From Thermodesulfobacteriota bacterium (GTDB lineage Bacteria; Desulfobacterota; Desulfobulbia; Desulfobulbales; SURF-16): a DNA stretch of 64,000 bases. The stretch is from assembly GCA_040755455.1 (NCBI GenBank), contig JBFMAY010000021.1:1-64000 (forward strand), written 5' to 3'. Below the pieces are notes generated by a model, which was not told where the DNA came from, did not search any database, and saw only the letters and a list, made by a program, of their open reading frames with translations. Shown here piece by piece: positions 56,209 to 64,000 of the stretch (within the stretch, counting starts at the first letter, position 1; each line of letters starts with the position of its first letter). The position numbers and the translations under genes are program-made.

Positions 56209-57567
56209 TTATCTTGGGCTGCATGAATGGCCGTGGGTCCTGCAGAAATCAACAAAATGGGCAGCGGCCCCGGGATTTGCTCCCAGATGAAGATGCAGGT
56301 AGCCGGCCAGGGTATTGTTGCAGCAATAGCCTTCCAGCCGGCCGTCATCAAGTTGATAAGCCCTGTCAATGCGGTCGGACATGGCATCGATCTGCGAATA
56401 ATGAAATTCATGGCCGGCCAGGGTGGCCCCGGCCGGCCACAGGGTGTTTTTCGCCACCGTGGCCCGGCGGTAGCCAAGACGGACCAGGCGCTTTTTCATC
56501 TGGGCCCGCGCCGGAAAAATCCCGGCCATGGGATACTCCTCACCCTCCGCCGTCACCAGCGACTCACAGAGGTACATGAAGCCGCCGCACTCGCCATAGA
56601 TGGGCAACCCCGCCGCTGCCCGGCTGCGGATCATCTCCCGCAGGCAGCGGTTGTCGGCCAGGGCTCCGGCGTACAGCTCAGGGTAGCCGCCGCCCAGATA
56701 AAGGCCGGCCAGCTCCGGCGGCAGCTCCGCATCGGCCAGCGGGCTGAAGAAAACCAGCTCCGCCCCGGCCGCCCGCAGCAGGTCAAAATTATCCTCATAG
56801 TAAAAACAGAAGGCCGCATCCCTGGCCACCCCGATCCGCACCGGCTGCCCTGCCCGGATTGGCGCCGCCGGGCCGGGGGATGGCGGCAGCGGTCCGGCCA
56901 GGGCGGACAGGCGATCAAGATCGATACGGGCGCCGGCAATACCTGCCAGCACCCCGATCCGCTCCGGCGAAAGCGCGCCGTCATGCCCCATATGCAGACC
57001 GAGATGGCGGCCGGGCACGACAAATCCCTCATGGCGCGGGATAGCGCCCAGCACCTCCGGCCGGCAATGGGCCGCAACGCTCTCCTTTAACAACCGGTAA
57101 TGGCCATCGCTGCCCACCCGGTTGAAGATGACCCCGGCAATGTTGACTGCCGGATCAAAGGTGGCAAAGCCGTGCACCAGGGCGGCAATACTCTCGCCGC
57201 AGGCGGCCCCATCCACCACCAGCACCACCGGCAGATCAAGGGCCCGGGCCAGGGCCGCGGTGCTGGCCTCACCCCCGTCAAAGAGGCCCATCACCCCCTC
57301 GACAATGACGAAGTCCGCATCACTGTGCCGGGCAAAAGTTTCCCGCACAAAGGACGCACCGCACATCCGCAGATCCAGGTTGCGCGACACCCGGCCGCTC
57401 ACCAGGCGGTGCAGGCTGGGGTCGATAAAATCCGGGCCGCACTTGAAATACTGCACCGATTGCCCGCGGCTTACCAGGGCCGCGCCAATTCCCAGGCTCA
57501 CCAGGGTCTTGCCGCTGTCGCTGCTTGGGGCGGCCAGCACCAGGCCGCGGCCGCTTTTTTCTGACAT
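56209..57567 (-). CDS. cbiA: cobyrinate a,c-diamide synthase
   Basis: SDSGKT, FKCGPDFIDP, EGVMGLFDG, AFCFYYEDN, GECGG and GHEFHYS. Confidence 0.95.
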   Translation of the reverse strand: MSEKSGRGLVLAAPSSDSGKTLVSLGIGAALVSRGQSVQYFKCGPDFIDPSLHRLVSGRVSRNLDLRMCGASFVRETFARHSDADFVIVEGVMGLFDGGEASTAALARALDLPVVLVVDGAACGESIAALVHGFATFDPAVNIAGVIFNRVGSDGHYRLLKESVAAHCRPEVLGAIPRHEGFVVPGRHLGLHMGHDGALSPERIGVLAGIAGARIDLDRLSALAGPLPPSPGPAAPIRAGQPVRIGVARDAAFCFYYEDNFDLLRAAGAELVFFSPLADAELPPELAGLYLGGGYPELYAGALADNRCLREMIRSRAAAGLPIYGECGGFMYLCESLVTAEGEEYPMAGIFPARAQMKKRLVRLGYRRATVAKNTLWPAGATLAGHEFHYSQIDAMSDRIDRAYQLDDGRLEGYCCNNTLAGYLHLHLGANPGAAAHFVDFCRTHGHSCSPR

Positions 57568-57579
57568 GATTTTCTCCTC

Positions 57580-59601
57580 CTATGGCCCGGCCGGGCCCTT
57601 TTCCGCGGCGCAGACCCCGTTGATCAGCGCCTCCAAGGCAAGGGCCAGCACCGGCGGCAGATCGCCTGCCACAAAGCGGTGCCGCCACTCATCGTCCGAG
57701 GTTTGGCCAAGGGAGCGGCCGACCGTTCTCCCCCAGTCGCCAAAGGCGCGCAAATCGGTGAGCAGCCCGGCCTGTTCGGCATCGCTTGCCGCCAGGGCTG
57801 CGGCCATGAACCCGGCATACCGCGAATCAATCAGCAGCTTCTCCACCTCGGCAATGGTTGCCGCCCGGCTGAGATTGCAGCCCTCCAGTTCGCCCGGCAG
57901 CAGTCGCCACAGGCTGATCTGCCGCTCGGCCAGCCGGGCAAAGATGGTGCGCTCCCGGGTGATGCCGTTTTGCCTGGCCACCGCCTCCAGCACCCCCTCA
58001 TGCACCGCCCGGGCGATGAGTTCCCCCATCTTGGTATGGCCGCCGGCCTGATCAATGGCCGTTCCCTCGCCCTGCACCACCAGGATGTTGTCCGTGCCGG
58101 TACCGGTGGCGGGCAGGTTAGGGGAATAGCTGCTGCGGATGTCCAGATCGGCGAGGGCCGCGGTTTTGCCTTCGGTGGCGCTGATCATGGCCCGGGTCAT
58201 GGCCCGGGGCGAGAGCTGCATGTTGGTCAGCAGCAGGACATTGATGGTGCCGGGCTCATAGAAATTGCCGGCATCATGCCCCATGCGCACCGCGTTGGAG
58301 GTAACCCCGGCCGTGACCAGGGCGTACACCGTCATCTCCTGGAAATCCTGCCGGCTGATGGAGAGATTGTTCATGTCCGCGCCGGTGAACAGCAGGCTGG
58401 TCTCCTCCGGCGCCTGGCCCAGCACTGTGCAGGTACGGCGGTGCATGGCCTCCACCCCTTCGTCATGGCCCAGGCCCCAGGCCGGGGCCGGGTAATAGTG
58501 ATTGCCCACCGTGGCAACCCCTGACCGCGGCCCTTCCAGGGTGGAAAGGATGGTCTGGGGGGACTTGAAATCAACCAGCAGGGTGCGGTTTTTGAAATCG
58601 CGGATGCTGCTCTCCACCACCCGGGCCCGGCGCACATAGGGCAGGTCGATGGCCACGGTTTTTTCGGCAAGCAGCTGATCGGGTTGCACCTGTTTAGCGG
58701 CGTCCGAGAACTCCTCGCTGTAGATGCGGGCGGCCAGCCAGGCGACAAAATTGCCGACATTGACCCCGCCCCGGCAGGTGAAATCGCAGGGGAAGGAAAA
58801 GTACCTGTTGTTATGCAGGGCGCTCACCTCGCGCACCCCGGCTGACTCCAGGATGGCCGGTTTGCCGTTCCCGCAGCCGTAGATGACCTGGGGGTCGAAT
58901 TGCCGCCACTCTTCCGGGCTGATGGCAATGATCTTGCCGTTTCTGCCAAAGGCGGGCGGGACGGCGCCGGCGGCCCGGATAAAATCGTTCTGAAAGGAAT
59001 CATCCCCCGGCACCATCAGGCTATCGCCGCCCATGAGCCGCACGGCCCGCTGCCTTTTTTCAGCCGGGATGCCTGCCACCTTGCGGGCGATGAGGTCAAG
59101 CAGCTCACGATTTTCCGCAACGATCCGGCTGGCCGCCTCTTCGCGTCCGAAAATCCGGCCCAGCAGTTCGATGCGCGCCATGGCGCTGTCGATGCCCGTG
59201 ACGTTTAAGGTCAGCAGCCGGCATTTCCCCTGAAAATGGTCCCGCACCGCACCGTGCAGATCAGCCGCAAAGATGAGATCCGGTTTAAGCGCCTCAATCT
59301 CCTCGATGCCGGGCGCAAAAAAGCCGCCCACCACCTTTTTTTGCGCAGCGGCGGCCGGGGTAACCGTGTGCTGGGTGATGCCCGCCAGCGCGTCACCCGC
59401 GCCAAGGGCAAAGAGGATCTCGCTGATCTCGGGCACCAGGCAGACCACCCGCTGGGGCCGCTGCTCAATGACATAGGCCTGGCCCTGGCTGTCCGTGCCG
59501 CTCAACGGCCAGGCCAGCAGCCTTTCCGCCCGGCCCAGACAAATAAACAACAAAACCAGCAGACAGCAGACCAGCTTTGCTAATGGCACATTCTTCATCA
59601 C
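57580..59601 (-). CDS. BtuF-like periplasmic binding domain fused to CbiZ adenosylcobinamide amidohydrolase
   Basis: Signal peptide; PQRVVCLVPEISEILFALG and IEALKPDLI; then LFTGADM, VTAGV, GTINV, TEGK and ATGTGTD. Confidence 0.85.
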   Translation of the reverse strand: MMKNVPLAKLVCCLLVLLFICLGRAERLLAWPLSGTDSQGQAYVIEQRPQRVVCLVPEISEILFALGAGDALAGITQHTVTPAAAAQKKVVGGFFAPGIEEIEALKPDLIFAADLHGAVRDHFQGKCRLLTLNVTGIDSAMARIELLGRIFGREEAASRIVAENRELLDLIARKVAGIPAEKRQRAVRLMGGDSLMVPGDDSFQNDFIRAAGAVPPAFGRNGKIIAISPEEWRQFDPQVIYGCGNGKPAILESAGVREVSALHNNRYFSFPCDFTCRGGVNVGNFVAWLAARIYSEEFSDAAKQVQPDQLLAEKTVAIDLPYVRRARVVESSIRDFKNRTLLVDFKSPQTILSTLEGPRSGVATVGNHYYPAPAWGLGHDEGVEAMHRRTCTVLGQAPEETSLLFTGADMNNLSISRQDFQEMTVYALVTAGVTSNAVRMGHDAGNFYEPGTINVLLLTNMQLSPRAMTRAMISATEGKTAALADLDIRSSYSPNLPATGTGTDNILVVQGEGTAIDQAGGHTKMGELIARAVHEGVLEAVARQNGITRERTIFARLAERQISLWRLLPGELEGCNLSRAATIAEVEKLLIDSRYAGFMAAALAASDAEQAGLLTDLRAFGDWGRTVGRSLGQTSDDEWRHRFVAGDLPPVLALALEALINGVCAAEKGPAGP

Positions 59602-59655
59602 ATATCTCTCTTATTTCGCAATGGCTCCCTGCCAGGGAGCCTGTTTGTCCAACTT

Positions 59656-61587
59656 TTAAAATGTCACCCTGACCCCGGCATAGGCCGACAGCCCCGGGGT
59701 GGCAAAGCTCCAGGTCTCCTCATATTCCTCATCAAAGAGGTTGTCAATGCGGCCATAGAGCTGCACCTTCTGGGTCAGGTCATAGCTGGCCGCCAGATTG
59801 ACCACGGTATAGGCAGCCAGGGTCTCAACGGCATGGCCGTTGCTATCCATGGCAAAACCGCTCTCGTCACGCTCGCCGACCCAGGCCAGATCCAGGTTGA
59901 AACGGGCCCTGGCATAGCGGTACTGCGCGCCCGCCCCCACCTTGTGCATGGGCCGGCGGGCCAGCCGCCTGTCATCCTGATCCTTGGTGTCCGTATAGGT
60001 GTAGTTCGCCCGCAGGGAAAGGTTTTCGCCGGCCTGCCACTGCACAAAGGTTTCCACCCCCTCTGTTTTCGTGTCACCCTCGGCCTGCTGATACCGCGAG
60101 GTCAGAAAGTCGTAGGCGATCCTGTCCTCAAAGGTGAGGGCAAACCAGGTGATGCCGCAGAGGACCTTGCCGCCGGCCAGCTCCTGCTCCAGTCCCGCGT
60201 CCCAGCCCCTGCTCTCTTCAGGATCGAGGTTGACATTGCCATAGGCCGAGTAGAGCTCGTAAAGGGATGGCGCCCGAAAGCCCGTTCCATAGCTGGCCTT
60301 GAACAGGGTGCCGAAGCCGGTGAGATAGGAGGGCGCAACCCGCCAGGTGGTTTTGCCGCCGAAACGGTCATGGTCGTCGTAACGCAGACCGGCTACCAGA
60401 TCCAAATTGTCAAACAGGCTGAGCTGCTCCTGGGCCCAGACACTCTTGGTGTCCGCGTCCTGTTCGCTGATGCCGGAGGAGCCGCTCTCCATCTTCTCTT
60501 CATTAAGGGAGGCGCCGAGGGTGAGATCGTTTGTCTTGCTCACCGCAAAGGTGCCCTGCCAGCCGGCCTCCCGGGTCTTGCCGAGATAGTCGTAGGACTC
60601 GATGCCGTCGTTGTCATGGTTCAGCCTGTCATGGCGGGTGAACTGGCAGTAGAGGTCGGAGCCGAGCAAGCCGTCCCAGAACCTGTTTGTGGCATCGATG
60701 CGGCCAAGATACTGTTCCGTATCGGTAGAGCGCTCCTTGCTGCCAAAGGGCTCGGCCACATACGGCCAGGAGGAAAAACGATCGCCGGCGTAGCCGTTGG
60801 CAAAATCATCCTCATCAAGCTCCGAATCCATGTAGCGCATGGTGGCGGCCAGCTCAAAATCCGGGGTCAGCTCATAGCCGACCCGGCCGGAAACCGTGCT
60901 GTTTTCCCAGCCGTCCTCTTCGGCGGTGTTGCCGGCATGGGGAATGCGGTTATTGTCATCATTGGCGATGGAAAAGCCGTCCGTGTCGATATGGGAAACA
61001 TCCAGCGAGTAGTCGAGGCGTTCCAGGCTGCCGCTGCTGCCCGCATAGGCCTTCCAGGTATCAAAAGAGCCGCCTTCGATGCCGACGCTGCTTTGCGGCG
61101 CGCCCTTGCCCTTTCTGGTGATGATATTGACCACACCGGCGGTGGCATTGCTGCCGTAGAGCACGCTCATCGGCCCCCGCACGATCTCGATGCGCTCGAT
61201 GTTGTCCGTGGTCAGGTTGGCAAGGTTGGCGTTCCTGTTCGCCGACGAGGGGTCATTGAACATGATGCCGTCCACCAGAATCAGGGTGTTCTTGGCATCC
61301 GCCCCGCGCAGAAAGATACTGGTATTGGTTCCCGGACCGCCGTTGGCGGAGACGTCAAGCCCGGGGGTCCCCTTGAGGACCTCCTCCACCGTGGTCTGCT
61401 GCCTGGCGGCAATTTCATCCTGCGTGATCACGGTGACGGACGTCCCGCCGACCTTATCTGCTGCGGCATCGGTCCGGGTGGCGGTCACCACCACCTCGTC
61501 GAGCACGGCAGCGGCTTCCTCGGCTCCCGCCGCGCCGCAATCGATCATTGCCAGCAGGAGTGCTGCTAGTGAGATACTTTTTTTCAT
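59656..61587 (-). CDS. btuB: TonB-dependent corrinoid receptor
   Basis: TonB box DEVVVTATR, IERIEIVRGP..VLYG and a C-terminal F; downstream of a cobalamin riboswitch; GAGGAGG RBS. Confidence 0.9.
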   Translation of the reverse strand: MKKSISLAALLLAMIDCGAAGAEEAAAVLDEVVVTATRTDAAADKVGGTSVTVITQDEIAARQQTTVEEVLKGTPGLDVSANGGPGTNTSIFLRGADAKNTLILVDGIMFNDPSSANRNANLANLTTDNIERIEIVRGPMSVLYGSNATAGVVNIITRKGKGAPQSSVGIEGGSFDTWKAYAGSSGSLERLDYSLDVSHIDTDGFSIANDDNNRIPHAGNTAEEDGWENSTVSGRVGYELTPDFELAATMRYMDSELDEDDFANGYAGDRFSSWPYVAEPFGSKERSTDTEQYLGRIDATNRFWDGLLGSDLYCQFTRHDRLNHDNDGIESYDYLGKTREAGWQGTFAVSKTNDLTLGASLNEEKMESGSSGISEQDADTKSVWAQEQLSLFDNLDLVAGLRYDDHDRFGGKTTWRVAPSYLTGFGTLFKASYGTGFRAPSLYELYSAYGNVNLDPEESRGWDAGLEQELAGGKVLCGITWFALTFEDRIAYDFLTSRYQQAEGDTKTEGVETFVQWQAGENLSLRANYTYTDTKDQDDRRLARRPMHKVGAGAQYRYARARFNLDLAWVGERDESGFAMDSNGHAVETLAAYTVVNLAASYDLTQKVQLYGRIDNLFDEEYEETWSFATPGLSAYAGVRVTF

Positions 61588-61860
61588 TGCATCCTCCTCG
61601 GCTCCAGGCAGCTGCGCAGAGCTGCCGGCAAAGCATCCCAAGGGGTGATGAGTACCAGGGCCAGCCTGGCAAAGGTCATTTCCGGTAGTGCCACGGATAT
61701 CCTCCATAAAGTATTTGCGGCCCGGGCTCATCCCCCGCGAGGCGGGCAAAAAAAAATCCCCGGACCGATATATGATATCGATCCGGGGATTTCCCAATTT
61801 CATCCGCGCAAGATCATGCGACACAACCGCTTGTCCACGGCGGTTATGCAACCAGACTCC

Positions 61861-62013
61861 CAAGGCAGGTCTTCTGACTTCCGGTTCATTCTCACTCCGC
61901 GCCTTCCCATTAAAATAACAGTGGCATACTGCGGAGCTCGTCCCCGGTTACAGCGGCGGGCCCGTCCCGGATTTACACCGGGTTCCCTATTAAGCTCGTT
62001 TCCGGGTGCCTTG
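61861..62013 (-). promoter_or_regulatory. cobalamin riboswitch
   Basis: Minus strand has AATAGGGAA-CCCGG-TGTAAAT-CCGGG, CCCGCCGCTGTA, GCCACTG...GGGAAGGC and the B12 box AGTCAGAAGACCTGCC. Confidence 0.95.
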
Positions 62014-62367
62014 AGAAATTAGGCATCCGGTTCGAGAACAAGAAGCGATGGAAATAAAAAGCGCGGCATATATGGAATATGTGAGCATTATTATTTCCAG
62101 AGCGATGCAGTAATCGGGCCGGAGGACAATTTTTCAAGGCGCCCGGAAGAGCACCTGAGATTAATCGCCACAAATAAAAAAATACTCACGGAAAGTCAAG
62201 GTATTTTGTGCCCTCTGGCAGGCCAGGCGCTACAGCCTTGCGGATAGCCGGGAGATTAAAGGCAAACGCGGAGCAAAGAATCGCTGCTCTTGACTTTTGT
62301 CATGCGGGGTGTTAAAAAAATCGATTCTCATTTTTGCATACAACAACCAGCAGACAAGGAGTTAGTC

Positions 62368-62781
62368 ATGGAAAGAACCTTTGCCATAATCAAACCGGAC
62401 GCATTCGCCGCCGGCCACGCCGGTAAAATTCTCGCCCGCATCTACGCCGAGGGCTTCAAGGTCGTCGGCCTCAAGAAACTGTACCTGAGCAGGGTCGAAG
62501 CCGAAGGTTTCTACCATGTGCACAAGGCCCGGCCGTTTTTCGGTGAGCTGACCGAATTCATGAGCAGCGGCCCCTGCATCGTCATGGTGCTGGAGGCTCC
62601 CGACGCCATCAAGAAATGGCGTGACCTGATGGGCGCCACCAATCCGGCGCAAGCCGCCCCCGGCACCCTGCGCAAGGAGTTCGGCTCGTCCATCGGCGAG
62701 AACGCCACCCACGGTTCCGACGCCCCGGAAACCGCCGCCTTTGAAATCCCGTACTTTTTCTCCGGTCTGGAACTGCTGTAA
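62368..62781 (+). CDS. ndk: nucleoside diphosphate kinase
   Basis: [15 protein letters not shown] and NATHGSD. Confidence 0.97.
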   Translation: MERTFAIIKPDAFAAGHAGKILARIYAEGFKVVGLKKLYLSRVEAEGFYHVHKARPFFGELTEFMSSGPCIVMVLEAPDAIKKWRDLMGATNPAQAAPGTLRKEFGSSIGENATHGSDAPETAAFEIPYFFSGLELL

Positions 62782-62857
62782 TTTTTTTTCGCAGGAATCA
62801 TTTTTCCGGGTTGGGGCAGCTATAAAAACATAGTCGCTGCTCTGATCTCCGGCATGG

Positions 62858-62941
62858 GAATTCAGGAGACAGGAGACAGAATTCAGAATGGTTGATTTTA
62901 TTACGTTTTATTCTGGCTCCTGATTTCCGGCTCCTGAATTC
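62858..62941. repeat. inverted heptamer-repeat element, copy 2
   Basis: GAATTCAGGAGACAGGAGACAGAATTCAGAAT...ATTCTGGCTCCTGATTTCCGGCTCCTGAATTC. Confidence 0.7.
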
Positions 62942-63111
62942 TCTGGAAACAAGCTGCGGGGATCCTGAGGATATCAATTTAATTTCTACATGTTACCACA
63001 ACTCAGAAAATTGAATGAATTATAACCCCCTCTTCCTCCCCTTCCCCCATCCATTCCGGCAATGATTAAGCAAGAATCTCCCCGAAATCAGCAGCACCTT
63101 GTCAACTTTTT

Positions 63112-63438
63112 TTATTTTGTCAGCCGGTTCAGCAGGATGTCTTCAACATTCTGCCTTGCGTCAAGAACTGATAAGACAAACACCGTGTTGTCGGTGATTC
63201 TGTACATCAGGCGCCATGGATTTATGATCAACTCACGATAGTGAGTTATGCCATGATCTTGCAATTCCGGCACAACCCGCCCCCGTTGGGGTGACAGGTA
63301 AAGGCTTGCCGCCTTGCTTTTTATGCTTTTTACTGTTTTTTTCGCGGCAACCGGACTGTCACGGGCGATATAGTCAATAATGCCGAGTAAGTCGGCATAT
63401 GCTGTCTCCGACCAGATTACGGTGTATACGCGACTCAT
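63112..63438 (-). CDS. RelE/ParE-family toxin
   Basis: VIWSETAYADL...YIARDSP, GRVVPE, YREL and RLMYRI; ATGA overlap with the antitoxin. Confidence 0.9.
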   Translation of the reverse strand: MSRVYTVIWSETAYADLLGIIDYIARDSPVAAKKTVKSIKSKAASLYLSPQRGRVVPELQDHGITHYRELIINPWRLMYRITDNTVFVLSVLDARQNVEDILLNRLTK

Positions 63439-63710
63439 TTCTTACGCAGCATCTTTTCCATATTTTCGAAGACCTCATCCTGGGTCATTGTTTTGCCGTT
63501 TCGGATGTCGGTTTCGCCCAGGGAAAGGAGTTTTAATATGCCGATGGCATTGCGCATGTTTTCATAGCTTTGCGGGTCTTGGAGCACAGCCCTGGGTTCG
63601 CCGTTCTGGGTAATGATAACCGGACGACGTGTGTCGTTTATCTGTTTAAGCAGGTCAGCGGCGCGAGATTTGAGATAGGTTACGGGCTTGATGTCGTTTG
63701 TGATATTCAT
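63435..63710 (-). CDS. Phd/YefM-family antitoxin
   Basis: IKPVTYLK...PVIITQNGEPRAVL. Confidence 0.92.
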   Translation of the reverse strand: MNITNDIKPVTYLKSRAADLLKQINDTRRPVIITQNGEPRAVLQDPQSYENMRNAIGILKLLSLGETDIRNGKTMTQDEVFENMEKMLRKK

Positions 63711-64000
63711 AGTCAACCTCCGGTCCTTTTATGGTACCAAATTAGGACCGAAAGTCAAGTTTCGCATGTGGCGGGATTTATTTTTATATTATACTGCGTG
63801 GAGTCCTCCTGAATTTAAGCCCCTCTTCCAGCGCCTTCCCGCGCGCCATGTAAATAATTAGATAGGCGCGCCAAAATTCAACAATTTTCTATGTATTCCT
63901 CAATAGATACAGCTGTGCCTTGGAAACTTTGCAGTATTTTCCGGTCCATCGTAACCAAGGGGACATGCAGATCCTGGGCTAAATTGACAAACTCGCAGTC

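Noticed and set aside
59833..61569. 578-aa plus-strand ORF, and similar long antisense ORFs (e.g. 38410-39792, 6776-7858, 28457-29512)
   Set aside because: Shadow frames opposite well-supported genes, expected from GC-rich codon usage; no recognisable motifs.

Overview
GC-rich bacterial chromosomal window. The gene content and style suggest a Desulfobacterota (Desulfobulbales-like) genome; this is inference. Housekeeping and metabolic genes include two glucan phosphorylases, a CCA-family nucleotidyltransferase, PhoU, CbpA/CbpM, a split acyl-CoA synthetase, Lon, Ndk and a cobalamin-riboswitch operon (btuB, btuF-cbiZ fusion, cbiA). Interleaved with these are: (i) a phospho-signalling and envelope region (~21-35 kb: dual-FHA protein, PP2C, Ser/Thr kinase-TPR, LysM proteins, CE4 deacetylase) that holds three enzymes with degenerate catalytic motifs; (ii) an auxiliary T6SS cluster (VgrG, LysM-metalloprotease effector candidate, immunity candidate, PAAR) and a stand-alone TssB-TssC sheath fusion; (iii) an unusual RibD-like reductase / PP-loop / MptA-like GTP cyclohydrolase / nucleotidyltransferase operon; (iv) a CsgG-pair plus beta-barrel operon; (v) an ABC-ATPase plus TOPRIM-like defence candidate and a RelE/Phd toxin-antitoxin pair. 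The most unusual non-coding structures are a solitary attC-like cassette at 80-693 and a nested mosaic at 23.7-26.4 kb. In that mosaic, outward-facing GGGGAC/GGGGTC REP-like motifs bracket an IS110-like left-end fragment with a structured leader and an AT-rich ORF, and the same motif marks the end of a 945-bp tandem duplication. All calls come from reading motifs by eye; no database searches were run.
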